Assembly: GCA_034521815.1 (NCBI GenBank)
Contig: JAXHLW010000013.1
Location: 1,280,001-1,344,000, forward strand
Length of the DNA stretch: 64,000 nucleotides
Direction of reading: 5' to 3'
Origin: Trueperaceae bacterium
GTDB taxonomy: Bacteria; Deinococcota; Deinococci; Deinococcales; Trueperaceae
Below the pieces are notes generated by a model. It was not told where the DNA came from. It did not search any database and saw only the letters and a program-made list of their open reading frames with translations. Below, piece after piece: positions 1 to 11,360 of this stretch. Within the stretch, counting starts at the first letter, position 1. Each line of letters begins with the position of its first letter. A program made the position numbers and the translations under genes.

Positions 1-1
1 G

Positions 2-388
2 AAGCTCGAGGTCGCCGTGCCGGTGATCTTCGCAGGCACCTCGAAGGGTCAGGAGGAGGAGGGCGGCCAGCTCGACGTCCAGCGCCGCGAAGTGACGATC
101 TACGTCCTGCCTAGCCAGATTCCTCACGACGTGACCGTCGACATCTCCCACCTGGAGATCGGCGACTCGATCCACATCGGCGACGTCCGGGCGTTCCTCC
201 CGGAAACGGCCGAGATCGTCGACGACGAGAGCCTGACGCTGGTCACCGTGCTCGCGCCGCGCCTCGAGGTCGAAGAAGAGGTCGAGGAAGACGAAGGCGC
301 CGAGCCCGAAGTGATCGGACGTGGCGCGGAGGACGAAGAAGGGGAAGACTCGGAAGCCGCGGACGACGCGGACGACGACGAGGAGTAG
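2..388 (+). CDS. rplY: 50S ribosomal protein L25/Ctc, C-terminal part (5' end outside window)
   Basis: Ctc beta domain (V.V.F.GTSKGQEEEGGQL...LPSQIP...VDISHLEIGDSIHIGD), acidic tail, directly upstream of pth. Confidence 0.93.
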   Translation, partial: KLEVAVPVIFAGTSKGQEEEGGQLDVQRREVTIYVLPSQIPHDVTVDISHLEIGDSIHIGDVRAFLPETAEIVDDESLTLVTVLAPRLEVEEEVEEDEGAEPEVIGRGAEDEEGEDSEAADDADDDEE

Positions 389-403
389 GGAGACGATCAC
401 CAC

Positions 404-990
404 GTGCGACTGATCGTGGGGCTCGGAAACCCGGGACCTCGGTACGCGGGAACCCGGCACAATGCCGGGTTCCTCGTCTTGGACGAGTTCGCCCGCAGGC
501 ACGCCGTGACGTTCCGAGCGGCCCGTGACGGCGAGGAGGCCCGCACCGGGCGGCTTCGACTTCTCAAGCCGACGACCTTCATGAACCTTTCCGGCTCGGC
601 CGTGCAGGCCGCTGCGACGCGCAACGGCATCCGCCCCGAGGAGATCACGGTCGTCCACGACGATCTGGACCTGCCGTTGGGACGAATGCGGATTCGCACC
701 GGCGGAGGAACCGGAGGCCAGAAAGGCGTGCGCGACATCGTCGACCGGCTCGGTCCCGACTTCGTGCGCCTCAAGGTGGGCATCGACCGGCCTCCGCCAC
801 GCTGGACGGTCGAGCACTGGGTGCTCTCCCGATTTCGTGACGACGAGAGCGAGCTCGTGGAACGAATCGTCGGCGCCGCGGCGGACGCGCTCGACACGAT
901 CGTTCGAGATGGGCCGGATGCGGCCGCCAACCGCGTGAACGGCCTCGACCTGCGCCCGGAGCGGGAGCCGGCCGACACGACCGGCGGTGA
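404..990 (+). CDS. pth: Peptidyl-tRNA hydrolase; 3' end probably affected by a 1-nt indel (as read, the ORF runs on to 2983)
   Basis: LIVGLGNPG, TRHNAGF, KPTTFMNLSG, VHDDLDLPLG, RLKVGI motifs; homology ends near aa 190 and an out-of-frame TGA lies at 988-990. Confidence 0.9.
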
Positions 991-2903
991 CGCGGACGAC
1001 GGCGCGGACGACGGCAACGCGAGACGGCAGCGCGAGCGGATACCGCGAGGCGGCGAGTCGACCCCTCGTGAACGACGCGGCCCTGGTCTTCGTGGTCCTC
1101 GCGGCGACCGTCGCCGCGTTCGCCAGCGATCGGTTCCGGCTGGACCTCGTCGCGTTGCTCGCGATGCTGACGATGGCGATCAGCGGCATCCTGACGCCCG
1201 CGCAGGCGCTGGCGGGGTTCGCCGAGCCGATCACCCTGATGATCGCCGGTCTGTTCATCGTCGGGGCCGGCCTGTTCGAGACCGGCGTGGCCGATCGGCT
1301 GGGCGACCTGCTGGCGCGCATCGCGGGACGTGGCCCGACGCGGCTGCTGATCGCCACCATGCTGGTCAGCGCGCTGCTCTCCGCGTTCCTCTCCTCCACC
1401 GGCACCGTCGCGGTGCTGCTTCCCGTCGTCGTGGGGCTGGCCCGCGGTGCGGGCATGTCGCCGTCGAGGCTGCTGATGCCGCTGGCGTTCGGCAGTCTGC
1501 TGGGCGGCATGCTGACGCTGATCGGCACGCCCCCCAACCTGGTGGTGTCCGATCAGCTTCGGGCGATGGGCGGCGAGCCGTTCGGGTTCTTCGCGTTCAC
1601 GCCGGTCGGCGCCACGATGCTGGTCGTCGGCGTGGTGTACATGGCCACCATCGGACGGCGGCTGCTGCCCGACCACGACGATACCGGCGCAGGTGGCGAC
1701 GGAACCGCCGCCGCCACCTCGCTGGAGGAGCTGGCCGACCGCTACGAGCTGCATCCCCGACTGCACGCCGTCGAGGTGCCGTACGGCTCGCCGCTGGTCG
1801 GCACGACGGTCGGGGCGGCCGGGCTCCGCACACGTTTCGGGACGACCGTGCTGGCGATCGAGACGTTGGGCGAGACGCAGCCGCACGTCCGACGCGCCGA
1901 GCCCACGACGTTGATCCGTCCGCACGACGTGCTCCACGTGCTGGCCGAGCGCGACGATCTGGAGCGACTCCTGCTCGACACCGGCACCCGGCTGGACGAT
2001 CAGTCCAGGATGCCGCTGCCCGAGCCGCTGATGCTGATCGAGACGCTGCTCCCGCCCCGGTCGAGGTACGTCGGGCAGCCGCTGCGCGACAGCCGGCTGC
2101 ACGACCGGACGCGGGCCACCGCCGTCGCCGTGCGGCGTGGCGCGCGCCTGCTGCACGGCGATCTCGGCGACGAGGAGCTGGCGTCGGGCGACGCGCTGCT
2201 GCTTGCGGGAGGACCGGTGGCGCAGCGGAGGGTCGCCAAGGCCCGCGACGACCTCATCGTCGTGGGCGCGCCGCGCGAATGGGAGCGCTTCGCACGCGAC
2301 ACGCGCCGTGCGCCGGCGGCGCTCCTGATCCTCGCCGGGCTGCTGGTGACGATGACGTTCGGCCTGTTGCCCAACGCCATCGCGGTCCTCGCGGCGGCGG
2401 TGGCGATGGTCCTGTCCGGCGCGTTGACGATGGAGGGCGCCTATCGCGCGATCCACTGGGAATCGGTGGTCCTGATCGCCGCGATCCTGCCGATGTCCAC
2501 CGCGCTGCAGGTCAGCGGCGGCCTGGACACCGTCGTGGGCGGACTGGTCGGTGCCCTGGGCGGCGCCGGGCCGCTGCTGGTGATGGCGGCGCTGTTCGTG
2601 CTCACCTCGGCGTTCAGTCAGGTGATCTCGAACACGGCGACGACGGTGCTGCTGGCGCCCGTCGCGTTCGCCGCCGCACGCGACCTGGGCGTGTCGCCCG
2701 AGGCGATGCTGATGGCGATCGCGGTGGCGGCCTCGACCGCGTTCGCGACGCCGGTCGCCTCGCCCGTGAACGCGCTGGTGCTGACGTCGGGCCGCTACCG
2801 GTTCGGCGACTTCCTACGGGTGGGCCTGCCGATCGTCGTACTGATGCTGATCGCGACGCTGCTGGTGGTGCCGGTGTTCTTCCCGCTGGCCGCCGGCAGC
2901 TGA
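987..2903 (+). CDS. SLC13/DASS family permease with TrkA-C (RCK-C) domains; start may be GTG 1068
   Basis: Multi-TM; SAFLSSTG, GGMLTLIGTPPNLVV, SQVISNTAT, FATPVASPVNALV...GRYRFGDF; two central RCK-C-like repeats. Confidence 0.88.
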   Translation: MTRTTARTTATRDGSASGYREAASRPLVNDAALVFVVLAATVAAFASDRFRLDLVALLAMLTMAISGILTPAQALAGFAEPITLMIAGLFIVGAGLFETGVADRLGDLLARIAGRGPTRLLIATMLVSALLSAFLSSTGTVAVLLPVVVGLARGAGMSPSRLLMPLAFGSLLGGMLTLIGTPPNLVVSDQLRAMGGEPFGFFAFTPVGATMLVVGVVYMATIGRRLLPDHDDTGAGGDGTAAATSLEELADRYELHPRLHAVEVPYGSPLVGTTVGAAGLRTRFGTTVLAIETLGETQPHVRRAEPTTLIRPHDVLHVLAERDDLERLLLDTGTRLDDQSRMPLPEPLMLIETLLPPRSRYVGQPLRDSRLHDRTRATAVAVRRGARLLHGDLGDEELASGDALLLAGGPVAQRRVAKARDDLIVVGAPREWERFARDTRRAPAALLILAGLLVTMTFGLLPNAIAVLAAAVAMVLSGALTMEGAYRAIHWESVVLIAAILPMSTALQVSGGLDTVVGGLVGALGGAGPLLVMAALFVLTSAFSQVISNTATTVLLAPVAFAAARDLGVSPEAMLMAIAVAASTAFATPVASPVNALVLTSGRYRFGDFLRVGLPIVVLMLIATLLVVPVFFPLAAGS

Positions 2904-2963
2904 GCATCCCGCCGGCGGCGGCGTCAGCGCGGCTGTTCGTCCGCGCTCCATGGCGACGCGCGC

Positions 2964-3777
2964 TCAGCCGAAGCGACCGCTGACGTACCGCTCGGTCATC
3001 TCGTGCTGCGGGTTCGTGAAGATCTGCTCGGTGGGCCCTTCCTCGATCAGCACGCCGAGGTGCATGAACGCCGTGCGATCGCTGACCCGGCCCGCCTGCT
3101 GCATGTTGTGCGTCACGATGATCACGGTGTAGTCGCGCTTGATCTCGTGGATCAGCTCCTCGATCCGGTCGGTCGCCATCGGGTCCAGGGCGCTGGTCGG
3201 CTCGTCCATCAGGATCACGTCCGGATCGGTGGCCATCGCGCGTGCGATGCACAGGCGCTGCTGCTGGCCACCCGAGAGGCTCAGGCCCGATTGCTGGAGC
3301 TTGTCGTCCACCTCCTCCCAGAGCGCCGCGGCACGCAGCGCCTTTTCCACCAGCGCGTCCAGGTCGCCATCGAAGCCGTGCAAGCGTGGTCCGAAGGCGA
3401 CGTTGTCGAAGATCGACTTGGGGAAGGGGTTCGCCTTCTGGAACACCATCCCGACGCGCCGTCGGACCTCCACCGGGTCGACGCGCGCGTCGTAGATGTC
3501 CACGCCTTCGGTAGCGAACCGCCCCACTGCTGCGCACGCCGGGCACGAGCTCGTTCATGCGGTTGAGGCTCCGAAGCATCGTCGACTTGCCGCAGCCGGA
3601 CGCACCGATCAGCGCCGTCACCTTGCCCCGCTCGACGTTGAGCGTGACGTCGCTAAGCGCTTGCAGGTCTCCGTACCACAGGTTCAGTGCATCGACCTGG
3701 ACGACCGCGCGATCATCGGGCACGACGTCGCTGCGGACGGTGACGTGGCCACTCAGATCGTAGCCTTGCGAACTCAT
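2964..3777 (-). CDS. pstB: Phosphate ABC transporter ATP-binding protein, split by one extra base at ~3510
   Basis: Walker [10 protein letters not shown] in the 5' frame; [48 protein letters not shown] in the 3' frame; removing one base gives ...GAVRY-EGVDIY... Confidence 0.92.
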
Positions 3778-3850
3778 CTGCTCACCTCGATCGTTTCTCG
3801 GGCCAAGACGGACCCATCGCGCGATCTCGACGCGGGTGGCGAGGCGATCC

Positions 3851-5122
3851 TCATCGACCGGCCTCGGACCACCGACGCACCCAGTTCGCTACCGCGTAAA
3901 GAAGTCCTAGGAAACCCAAGAGCGTCAGAATGGCGGCCGACGCCAAGCGATAGAACTCGGGTTTGGCCTCCGACACCCAGCTATAGATCTGGACGGGCAC
4001 GACGGTGTACGTCGACAGCAGCCCGTCGGGAAGATACGGAACGAACGCGGCCGCGCCGACCAGAAGCAGCGGCGCCGTTTCGCCGATGGCTCGTGCGATC
4101 GCCAGGATGAAGCCGGTGACGATACCCGGCACGGCGCGGGGCAGGACGACGCGCGACACGGTCTGCCAGCGGGTGGCGCCAAGCCCGTAGCTCGCCTCGC
4201 GAAGCGAGCTCGGCACCGCGCGAATCGCCTCGCGCGAGGCGATCACGACCACCGGCAGGATCAGCAACGAGAGGGTGAGCGCCGCGGCGAGGATCGTCGG
4301 GCCCAGATTCATCAAGCGCACGAACACGTACAAGCCCAGGATGCCGTAGATGATCGACGGCACGCCAGCGAGGTTCCGAATGTTCACTTCGAGAAAGCGC
4401 GACCAGCGCCCCCGCCGTGCGTACTCCTCGAGGTAGAGCGCCGTGCCCACGCCCAGCGGGACCGCCAACAGGATCACCAGCCCGGTCACCCAGAGCGTGC
4501 CCACCAGAGCCGTCCGTAGCCCCGCGATCACGGGGGCCCGCGAAGCGTTGCGTTCGAAGAAGCCGGCGTCCAGCCAGGGATTGACGGCAAGCACCTGGCC
4601 ATCCGCGAGGCCTTCGCGCAGCTCGGACCAGCGGAGGAGCCCCGCGATCAGATCGACGTCCGTGACGCGCCCGTCGCGCTGGTGCGTGACGACCCAGCGG
4701 AGTGGTCCGTCCTGGGTGCGCCACATGAGCTCGATACGGTGCCGTCCGTAGTAGCGTCTGCGCTCCTCCGCGTCGCTTAGAACCGTATCGACCTCGGAGC
4801 CGGCCATGCCTTGAGCCCGCATGTCGAGCCGCGCGACCGCGTCTCCGCCGAACGGTGCCTGAGCGAACGCGAACGTCTGGCCCGACGCGTACGGCTCGAT
4901 GACCTGCACGGACACGACGCGCCGGGTGGTGTCGAGAAGGAGCACAGCGATGAGGGCGAGCGATAGAAGCACGGGCACGAACGCGAGCACACCTAGCGCC
5001 CGTCCGGCTCGCCGTTGCCTCCGGACCCTCGCCCTGCCCGCCTCGTCCATGAGGCCGACCGCACCTCGCGCCTCGCGCGACGCTGCCACCGTAGCCGAGC
5101 GGCGTCCGGACTCCGGGTTCAC
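3851..5122 (-). CDS. pstA: Phosphate ABC transporter permease PstA (large periplasmic loop)
   Basis: ALYLEEYA, NIRNLAGVPSIIYGILGL, REASYGLGATRWQ, ARAIGETAPL; GTGA overlap with pstC stop. Confidence 0.92.
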   Translation of the reverse strand: MNPESGRRSATVAASREARGAVGLMDEAGRARVRRQRRAGRALGVLAFVPVLLSLALIAVLLLDTTRRVVSVQVIEPYASGQTFAFAQAPFGGDAVARLDMRAQGMAGSEVDTVLSDAEERRRYYGRHRIELMWRTQDGPLRWVVTHQRDGRVTDVDLIAGLLRWSELREGLADGQVLAVNPWLDAGFFERNASRAPVIAGLRTALVGTLWVTGLVILLAVPLGVGTALYLEEYARRGRWSRFLEVNIRNLAGVPSIIYGILGLYVFVRLMNLGPTILAAALTLSLLILPVVVIASREAIRAVPSSLREASYGLGATRWQTVSRVVLPRAVPGIVTGFILAIARAIGETAPLLLVGAAAFVPYLPDGLLSTYTVVPVQIYSWVSEAKPEFYRLASAAILTLLGFLGLLYAVANWVRRWSEAGR

Positions 5123-6057
5123 TCGTACACCTCCTGATACCGACGCACGACACGTTGCGCGATGACGTTCAGAAGCAGCGTCATGACGAACAGCGTGGCG
5201 CCCACGGCGTAGAGCGACCGCGCCGCGAGCGAGCCGGCCGGCTGATCGCCGGTCGCGGCCTGGACGATGAACGCGGTCATCGTCGCGATCGTCTCGCGTG
5301 GATCGAAGTGCAGGTTCGGCATCTGACCCGCCGCCAGGGTGACGATCATCGTCTCGCCGATCGCGCGCGACATGGCGAGAATGAACGCCGCCACGATTCC
5401 CGACAGGGCCGCAGGAATGACGACCCGCAGCACGACGTGGAGCTTCGACGCCCCCAGGCCGTAGGCGGCTTCTCGCATCGCCGTCGGTACGGCACGCATC
5501 GCGTCGAGCGAGACGCTGGACACGGTCGGCACGATCATGAAGCCCATCACCAAGCCCGCCGATAGCGGATTGAACAGGTCCACGCCGGCTACGAACGACC
5601 GGATCAGCGGCGTGACGGTCAGCAGCGCGAAGTATCCGAGAACCACCGTCGGGATCCCGGCCAGGACCTCCAGCAGCGGGACGATGCGACGTCGCGTTCG
5701 GTCGCCAGCGTACTCGGACAGGAACACGGCGGCGCCGAGCCCGAACGGCAACCCGACGAGCAGCGCGATCGCAGTGACCAGTAGCGTGCCCGAAACCAGC
5801 GGCGCGATCCCGTAGCTCGTGTCCAGGAATAGCGGCGTCCAGGTCGGGGCGGTGAAGAACTCCACGATCGAGACCTCACGGAAGAACGCGAAGGTCTCGA
5901 CGGCGAACACGGTGACCACCGCGAAGGTGGTGAGCACGGAGACGAGCGCTGCAAGCTGAAGCGAAGCGCCGATCAAACGCTCGGCCCGTCGACGCGAGCC
6001 ACGGCGGTGGAGCTCGCGTGCGAAGGCTACGTCACGAGGCGGCCCTGGCGCGTTCAT
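5119..6057 (-). CDS. pstC: Phosphate ABC transporter permease PstC (start uncertain; ORF open to 6126)
   Basis: FLSEYA, LEVLAGIPTVVLGYFAL, REAAYGLGAS, SRAIGETMIV. Confidence 0.92.
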   Translation of the reverse strand: MNAPGPPRDVAFARELHRRGSRRRAERLIGASLQLAALVSVLTTFAVVTVFAVETFAFFREVSIVEFFTAPTWTPLFLDTSYGIAPLVSGTLLVTAIALLVGLPFGLGAAVFLSEYAGDRTRRRIVPLLEVLAGIPTVVLGYFALLTVTPLIRSFVAGVDLFNPLSAGLVMGFMIVPTVSSVSLDAMRAVPTAMREAAYGLGASKLHVVLRVVIPAALSGIVAAFILAMSRAIGETMIVTLAAGQMPNLHFDPRETIATMTAFIVQAATGDQPAGSLAARSLYAVGATLFVMTLLLNVIAQRVVRRYQEVYE

Positions 6058-6192
6058 GGAATCGGCATCCCTTCGGAGCGGGGAGGAGGGCACGCGTACG
6101 GAGAGGCTACCGCGTGCCCCGGCCACGGGCGATCGCCGGCTCGTCGTGGCGTTCGCGCCACGACGAGCCGGCGATGAGCGACGTGCGGCGAC

Positions 6193-7170
6193 CTACTCGA
6201 CGCTGCGGACGGCGTCGACCACGGAGTCGCCAGGCTGGAAGTCGAGGAAGGCGGTCCCGGTCACGCGGTTGTCGAAGCGTTCCAAGATCGCCTCGTAGAC
6301 CGCATCGTCGTAGACCAGGTAGCCGGTCTCGGCGATCGCACCACGGGCCTGCGGCGAAAAGGCGAACTCGCCCAGCTCGGCGACGGTCGGGTTCGACTCC
6401 ACCCGCTCGAGGTTCCAGTACTCGAACAGCGGGCGCGAGAGCGGCACGTAGGTGTTGCTGGCGATGGTCTCGGCGCTGGGCTCGATGCAGCCGTCCCCGC
6501 CGTCGACGGCGACGAGCTTCAGTCGATCGACGTTCTCGAGGTAGTAGGCGTATCCGAAGAAGCCGAGCGCGTTCACGTTACCGGCGATGCCCTGGACCAG
6601 CACGTTGTCGTCCTCGCTCGGGAAGAAGTCGGTGCGGATCGCGCCGCTGTCTCCGTTGATCGCTTCGGTGAAGTAGTCGAACGTGCCCGAGTCGGTGCCG
6701 GCACCGTAGAGCTCGATCTCCTCGGCCGGCCAGTCGGCGCGAATGTCGGCCCAGGTCGACACGTCGCTGTCGGGACGCCACAGGCGGTTCAGCTCGTCGA
6801 CGGTGAGGCACTGCACGAAGTCGTTATCGGGGTTGACCATGACCGACAGGCCGTCCGCGGCCACGGGCGTCTCGATGAACTCGATGCCGTTCTCCTCGCA
6901 CAGCTCGACCTCGCTGGCCTTGATCGGCCGGCTCGCGCCGGTGGCGTCGGTCTCGCCGCGGCAGAACTTCTCGAAGCCCGCGCCGGTGCCGCTGAACGCG
7001 ACGCTGACGTCGCGGACGTCGGGGAACTCGAACTGGAACTCCTCGGCGATCGCGAGGCTTACGGGATAGACGGTCGACGAGCCGTCCCAGCGCACCTCCG
7101 ACTGGGCAGCGGCGGTCGAGGCGAGAAGACCGAGCACGAGGATCGAAAGGAGCACGGTGAGCCTGTTCAC
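6193..7170 (-). CDS. pstS: Phosphate ABC transporter substrate-binding protein
   Basis: Signal peptide; [42 protein letters not shown]. Confidence 0.93.
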   Translation of the reverse strand: MNRLTVLLSILVLGLLASTAAAQSEVRWDGSSTVYPVSLAIAEEFQFEFPDVRDVSVAFSGTGAGFEKFCRGETDATGASRPIKASEVELCEENGIEFIETPVAADGLSVMVNPDNDFVQCLTVDELNRLWRPDSDVSTWADIRADWPAEEIELYGAGTDSGTFDYFTEAINGDSGAIRTDFFPSEDDNVLVQGIAGNVNALGFFGYAYYLENVDRLKLVAVDGGDGCIEPSAETIASNTYVPLSRPLFEYWNLERVESNPTVAELGEFAFSPQARGAIAETGYLVYDDAVYEAILERFDNRVTGTAFLDFQPGDSVVDAVRSVE

Positions 7171-7249
7171 GTTGGTACCTGCCGAGCGCGGACGCCATGA
7201 CGCTGCGCGCCATGTCGATTGGCCACGCTCGACGACTCGGTCCGGAGCT

Positions 7250-9901
7250 CCGCCGGCCGAGCTGCGCCAGGCTGGCTTCGAGACCGCCGATCAGCGCCTC
7301 GGCCTCGGCCAGGCGTCGGCGCTCCTCGGCCACCACCGCCTCGGGCGCGTTGGCGACGAACTTGTCGTTCGCCAGCTTGCGCGCGCTCTTGTCGCGCTCG
7401 GCACGCGCGTCGCCCAGGCGCTTCTCCTGACGCCCCCGCCAGGCGTCGACGTCCACCAGGCCCTCGAGAGGCAGACGAAGCTCGGCGTCCGCCAGCACCT
7501 GGCGGAGCGCGGCGCCCTCGGGCTCGCCGCCTAGGAGCTCGGCGCGCGCCAGCGCGGCCACGACCGGCCCCTCGCGCACCAGCAGCTCGGCCGCCGGGCC
7601 GCTGGGGTGGACGGGGATCGTCTGCGACGGCGGCAGGTCGGCTTCGGCGCGCAGCACGCGGATCGCCCCGACGGCGGCCTGCACGCGAGCGAAGTCGGCT
7701 TCGGCGTCGTCGTCGGGCCGACCGTCGCGCTCCGGCTCCGGCCACGCGGCCAGCGCGACCTGCTCGTCGTGCCCCAGCGCCTCCCAGAGCTCGCTGGTGA
7801 CGAACGGCAGGAGCGGGTGGAGCAGCCGCAGGATCGACTCGAGGGTGGACCTGAGCACGTGCCGGGTGCGGGCGTCGCCGGCGTGGAGCGCGGGCTTGGC
7901 CGCCTCGAGGTACCAATCGCAGAACTCGCTCCACACGAAGTCGTACGCCGCGCGGTTGGCGGCGCCCAGGTCGAACGCCTCGAGCCGGTCCGTGACCGTG
8001 TCCAGCGCGCGCGCCAGCCGGGCCAGGATCCAGCGGTCCGCGAGCCGTTCGGGCGGGCCGGGATCCTCCGGCCCCTCCAGGTTCATGAACGCGAACCGTG
8101 CGGCGTTCCACAGCTTGTTCGTGAAGGTGCGGCCCATCTCGACGCGGCGGTCGTCCCAGCGGATGTCCTGGCCGCCGGTCGAGGCGTGCGTCATCGCGAA
8201 GCGCAGCGCGTCCGCGCCGCTCCGCTCGATCACGGCCAGCGGATCGACGCCGTTCCCCTTCGACTTCGACATCTTCTGGCCCTCGGCGTCCAGCACCAGG
8301 CCGTGCAGCATCACGTGCCTGAACGGGGCCCGGTCGGTCAGCTCGTAGCCCGACATCTCCATGCGGGCGACCCAGAAGAACAGGATGTCGTAGCCGGTCA
8401 CCAGCACGCTGGTCGGGTAGAAGCGCCGGTAGAACGGATCGTCCACGTCCGGCCAGCCCAGCGTCGAGAACGGCCACAGGTTGCTGCTGAACCAGGTGTC
8501 GAACACGTCGGGATCCTGGTGCAGCTCCTTGCCGGCGTTCTCCGGCGCCTCGGTCGGGTCGGTGTGCGGGTCGTCCGGCGAGGGGACGTGCACGTTCCCC
8601 TCGGCGTCGTACCAGGCGGGGATGCGGTGGCCCCACCAGAGCTGGCGGCTGACGTTCCACGGCCGGATGTTCTCGAGCCAGTCGCGGTTCACCTTCGCGT
8701 AGCGCTCGGGCACGATCTCGATCTCGCCGGCGTCCAGGGCCGCGAGCACGCGTTTCGCGGCAGGCCTCACGTCGTAGAACCACTGCATCGACAAGATCGG
8801 CTCGACGGGCACCTTGGTGCGCTGCGACAGGCCGATCGGGACGGTGTACGGCTCGCGCGAGGCCAGCGAGCCGTCCGCCTCGAGCGCCTCGACCACGGCG
8901 CGCCGCGCCTCGAAGCGGTCCATGCCCCGGAACGCCTCGGGGACCAGGTCGCTCTGCAGGCGCGCGTCCAGCCCGATCACCGACGGGCGCGGCAGGCCGT
9001 GCCGCTCGCCGATCTCGAAGTCGGTCGGGTCGTGCGCCGGCGTGATCTTGAGCGCGCCGGTCCCGAAGTCCGGCTCGACCGCGTCGTCGGCGATCACCGG
9101 CACCCAGCGATCGGTCAGCGGAATTCGGGCCTTCGCACCGAGGAACGGCGCGTAACGCGGGTCGTCCGGATGCACCGCGATCGCCTGGTCGGCGAAGATC
9201 GTCTCGGGCCGCACGGTGGCGATCCGGATCTCGCCGCCGCCGTCGAGCGGGTAGGCCAGGGTGTACAGCTCGCCCTGGCGATCCTCGCGGTCCACCTCGA
9301 GCTCGCTGAGCGTCGTACGGCTCTCGGGGTCCCAGTTCACGATGCGCTCGCCTCGGTAGATCCGGCCCTGGTGGAACAGGTCGACGAACTGCTTGCGCAC
9401 CGCCCGCGACAGGCCCTCGTCCATGGTGAAGCGGCTGCGACTCCAGTCGGCGCTCACGCCGAGCCTCTCGAGCTGCGTCTCGATCATGCCGCCCGAGCGT
9501 TCCTTCCAGGCCCAGACCCGCTCCAGGAACCCCTCGCGTCCCAGCTCGTGTCGGCCGGTCCCCTGCTCGCGCAGCTGCTTCTCGACCACCACCTGGGTGC
9601 TGATGCCGGCGTGGTCCATGCCAGGCTGGTACAGCGCCTCGTAGCCCTGCATCCGCCGCCAGCGGATCAGCGTGTCGATCAGGGTGTTGTCGAACGCGTG
9701 ACCGAGGTGCAGGTTCCCGGTCACGTTGGGGGGCGGAATGACGATCGTGTACGGCGGCTTGCCGCTGTGCGGATCGGCGCGGAACGGCTCCTCCGCCCAG
9801 CGGCGCACCCAGCGCGGCTCGGCCGAGAGGGGATCGTAGCTCTTGGGCAGCTCACGCTGCACGGTGTTCGTGGTGCTCGTCGTGCCTGATGCCTCGGACA
9901 T
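7250..9901 (-). CDS. valS: Valine--tRNA ligase; expected stop near 7250 is absent, so the ORF reads on to 6824 (3' coordinate approximate)
   Basis: PPPNVTGNLHLGH (HIGH), DHAGISTQ, SRQLWWGHRIP, DTWFSS, KMSKSKGN, C-terminal coiled-coil arm; RBS GGGAGGA upstream of ATG 9901. Confidence 0.96.
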
Positions 9902-9904
9902 CGA

Positions 9905-10232
9905 GTCCTCCCTGCGGACCCGCCCGAAGGCAGTGGCGGATCCGTCCACGTGACGTGAGCGGACGAGGCGCGAGCCCCGCGGTACCACCGCCGTTCCCCG
10001 CGTTCAGGCGCAGGGCGCTTCATGACCGCGCTGTCGGGGCGGCGACCGGAGGCTCTACTGCGTCCCGAGTCCGCGCGAACGACGCGGCGACGGCACGGTT
10101 CTTCCTCGTCGAGGGGGCCACGCTTCGGCCGTCCCCGGGCGGGCGACGTTCGGCGCCGTCGGTGCCGCCCCGACTCTCAGCCTAGGCCGGGGCTCTCTGT
10201 GGGCCGGGAAGCGCCTACTCCTCCCGCACGGT
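9905..10232 (-). promoter_or_regulatory. T-box riboswitch leader, Val specifier GUC
   Basis: Minus strand: AGTA, AGAGAG bulge, GCTGAGA loop, GAAcGTCg specifier (GTC 10147-10145), second AGTA, T-box AACGGCGGTGGTACCGCG (9995-9978) closed by CGTCCGC; extended -10 TGcTACACT at 10246-10238. Confidence 0.9.
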
Positions 10233-10307
10233 CGCTGAGTGTAGCAGGAGCCGCCGGCCTGCGCGAGCGCTGAGCGCTCAGGTCCCGGCCACTCGGATCC
10301 CGGCCAC

Positions 10308-11360
10308 TCAGATCATGGGAAGGGTGTTGAGCGCCTGCACCGAGATGCGGCCGGCCAGGGCCCGCGCCACGGAGCGCAGCGCCTGCGCCTGCTCGCTGTC
10401 CGGGTGGGACAGCACCAGCGGCGTGCCCTCGTCCCCGCTCTCGCGAACCTGCCGCGAGATCGGCACCTGACCGAGCAGCGGCAAGCGCTCCTGCTCCGCC
10501 CAGGCGGCCGCCGTGTCGGCCCCGAAGATGTAGTCCCGCTGGCCGTCAGGAAGCACGTACCAGCTCATGTTCTCGATCAGGCCCAGCACGGGAACGTGCG
10601 TCTTGCGCATCATCGTGTGGGCGCGACGCACGTCGGCCAGCGACATCTCCTGGGGCGTCGTGACCAGCACGGCGCCGGTCACCGTCGCGAGCTGCGTCAG
10701 CGACAGCTGGACGTCGCCGGTGCCGGGCGGGAGGTCCACGATCAGGTAGTCGAGCTCGCCCCACACGGTCTGCTCGATCATCTGCTTCAGGGTGCCGTGC
10801 AGGATCGGACCTCGCCAGGTGAGCGCCTGGCCGTCCTCCACGAGGTTCGCGATCGAGATCAGCTTCACCCCGTGGCTGCGGAGCGGGAGGATGTTCTTCT
10901 CATCGTCCGCCATCAGCCGCTTGCCCTCGAGGCCGAACATCTTGGCCTGCGAGGGACCGTAGATGTCGGCGTCGAGAAGACCCACCGCGGCGCCCTCGAG
11001 CACCAGCGAGGCGGCGATGTTCGCCGCCACGGTGGACTTGCCGACCCCGCCCTTGCCGGAGCCCACGGCGACGACGTGCTTCACGCCGGGAAGGGAGGGG
11101 GATCCCCCGTCGCGGACCTGCGCCCCGAACTCGAGGTCGACGCGGGCGACCCCTTCGATCCGGCCGACGGCGTCGCGGACGTCCTTCTCGATCGTGGCCT
11201 TCATCGGACAGGCGGGCGTGGTGAGGTTCACCTTGACGTGAACGGTGTCCCCCTCCACGGTCGCACGCTCGATCATGCCCAGCGAGACGAGGTCCTGGTG
11301 AAGCTCCGGGTCGTGCACCGTCTTGAGCGCCTCGAGGACGCGGGACTCTTGGATCGCCAT
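10308..11360 (-). CDS. mrp: Mrp/ApbC (NBP35) Fe-S cluster carrier ATPase with N-terminal SufT-like domain
   Basis: [51 protein letters not shown]. Confidence 0.93.
   Translation of the reverse strand: MAIQESRVLEALKTVHDPELHQDLVSLGMIERATVEGDTVHVKVNLTTPACPMKATIEKDVRDAVGRIEGVARVDLEFGAQVRDGGSPSLPGVKHVVAVGSGKGGVGKSTVAANIAASLVLEGAAVGLLDADIYGPSQAKMFGLEGKRLMADDEKNILPLRSHGVKLISIANLVEDGQALTWRGPILHGTLKQMIEQTVWGELDYLIVDLPPGTGDVQLSLTQLATVTGAVLVTTPQEMSLADVRRAHTMMRKTHVPVLGLIENMSWYVLPDGQRDYIFGADTAAAWAEQERLPLLGQVPISRQVRESGDEGTPLVLSHPDSEQAQALRSVARALAGRISVQALNTLPMI

Noticed and set aside
404-2983. 859-aa Pth fusion protein
   Set aside because: Beyond aa ~195 it is an Arg-rich off-frame shadow of the SLC13 gene; one added base would stop it at 988-990
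7171-7250. Pho box upstream of pstS
   Set aside because: The GACATGGCG/GTCATGGCG repeats are 15 nt apart, not the 11-nt Pho period
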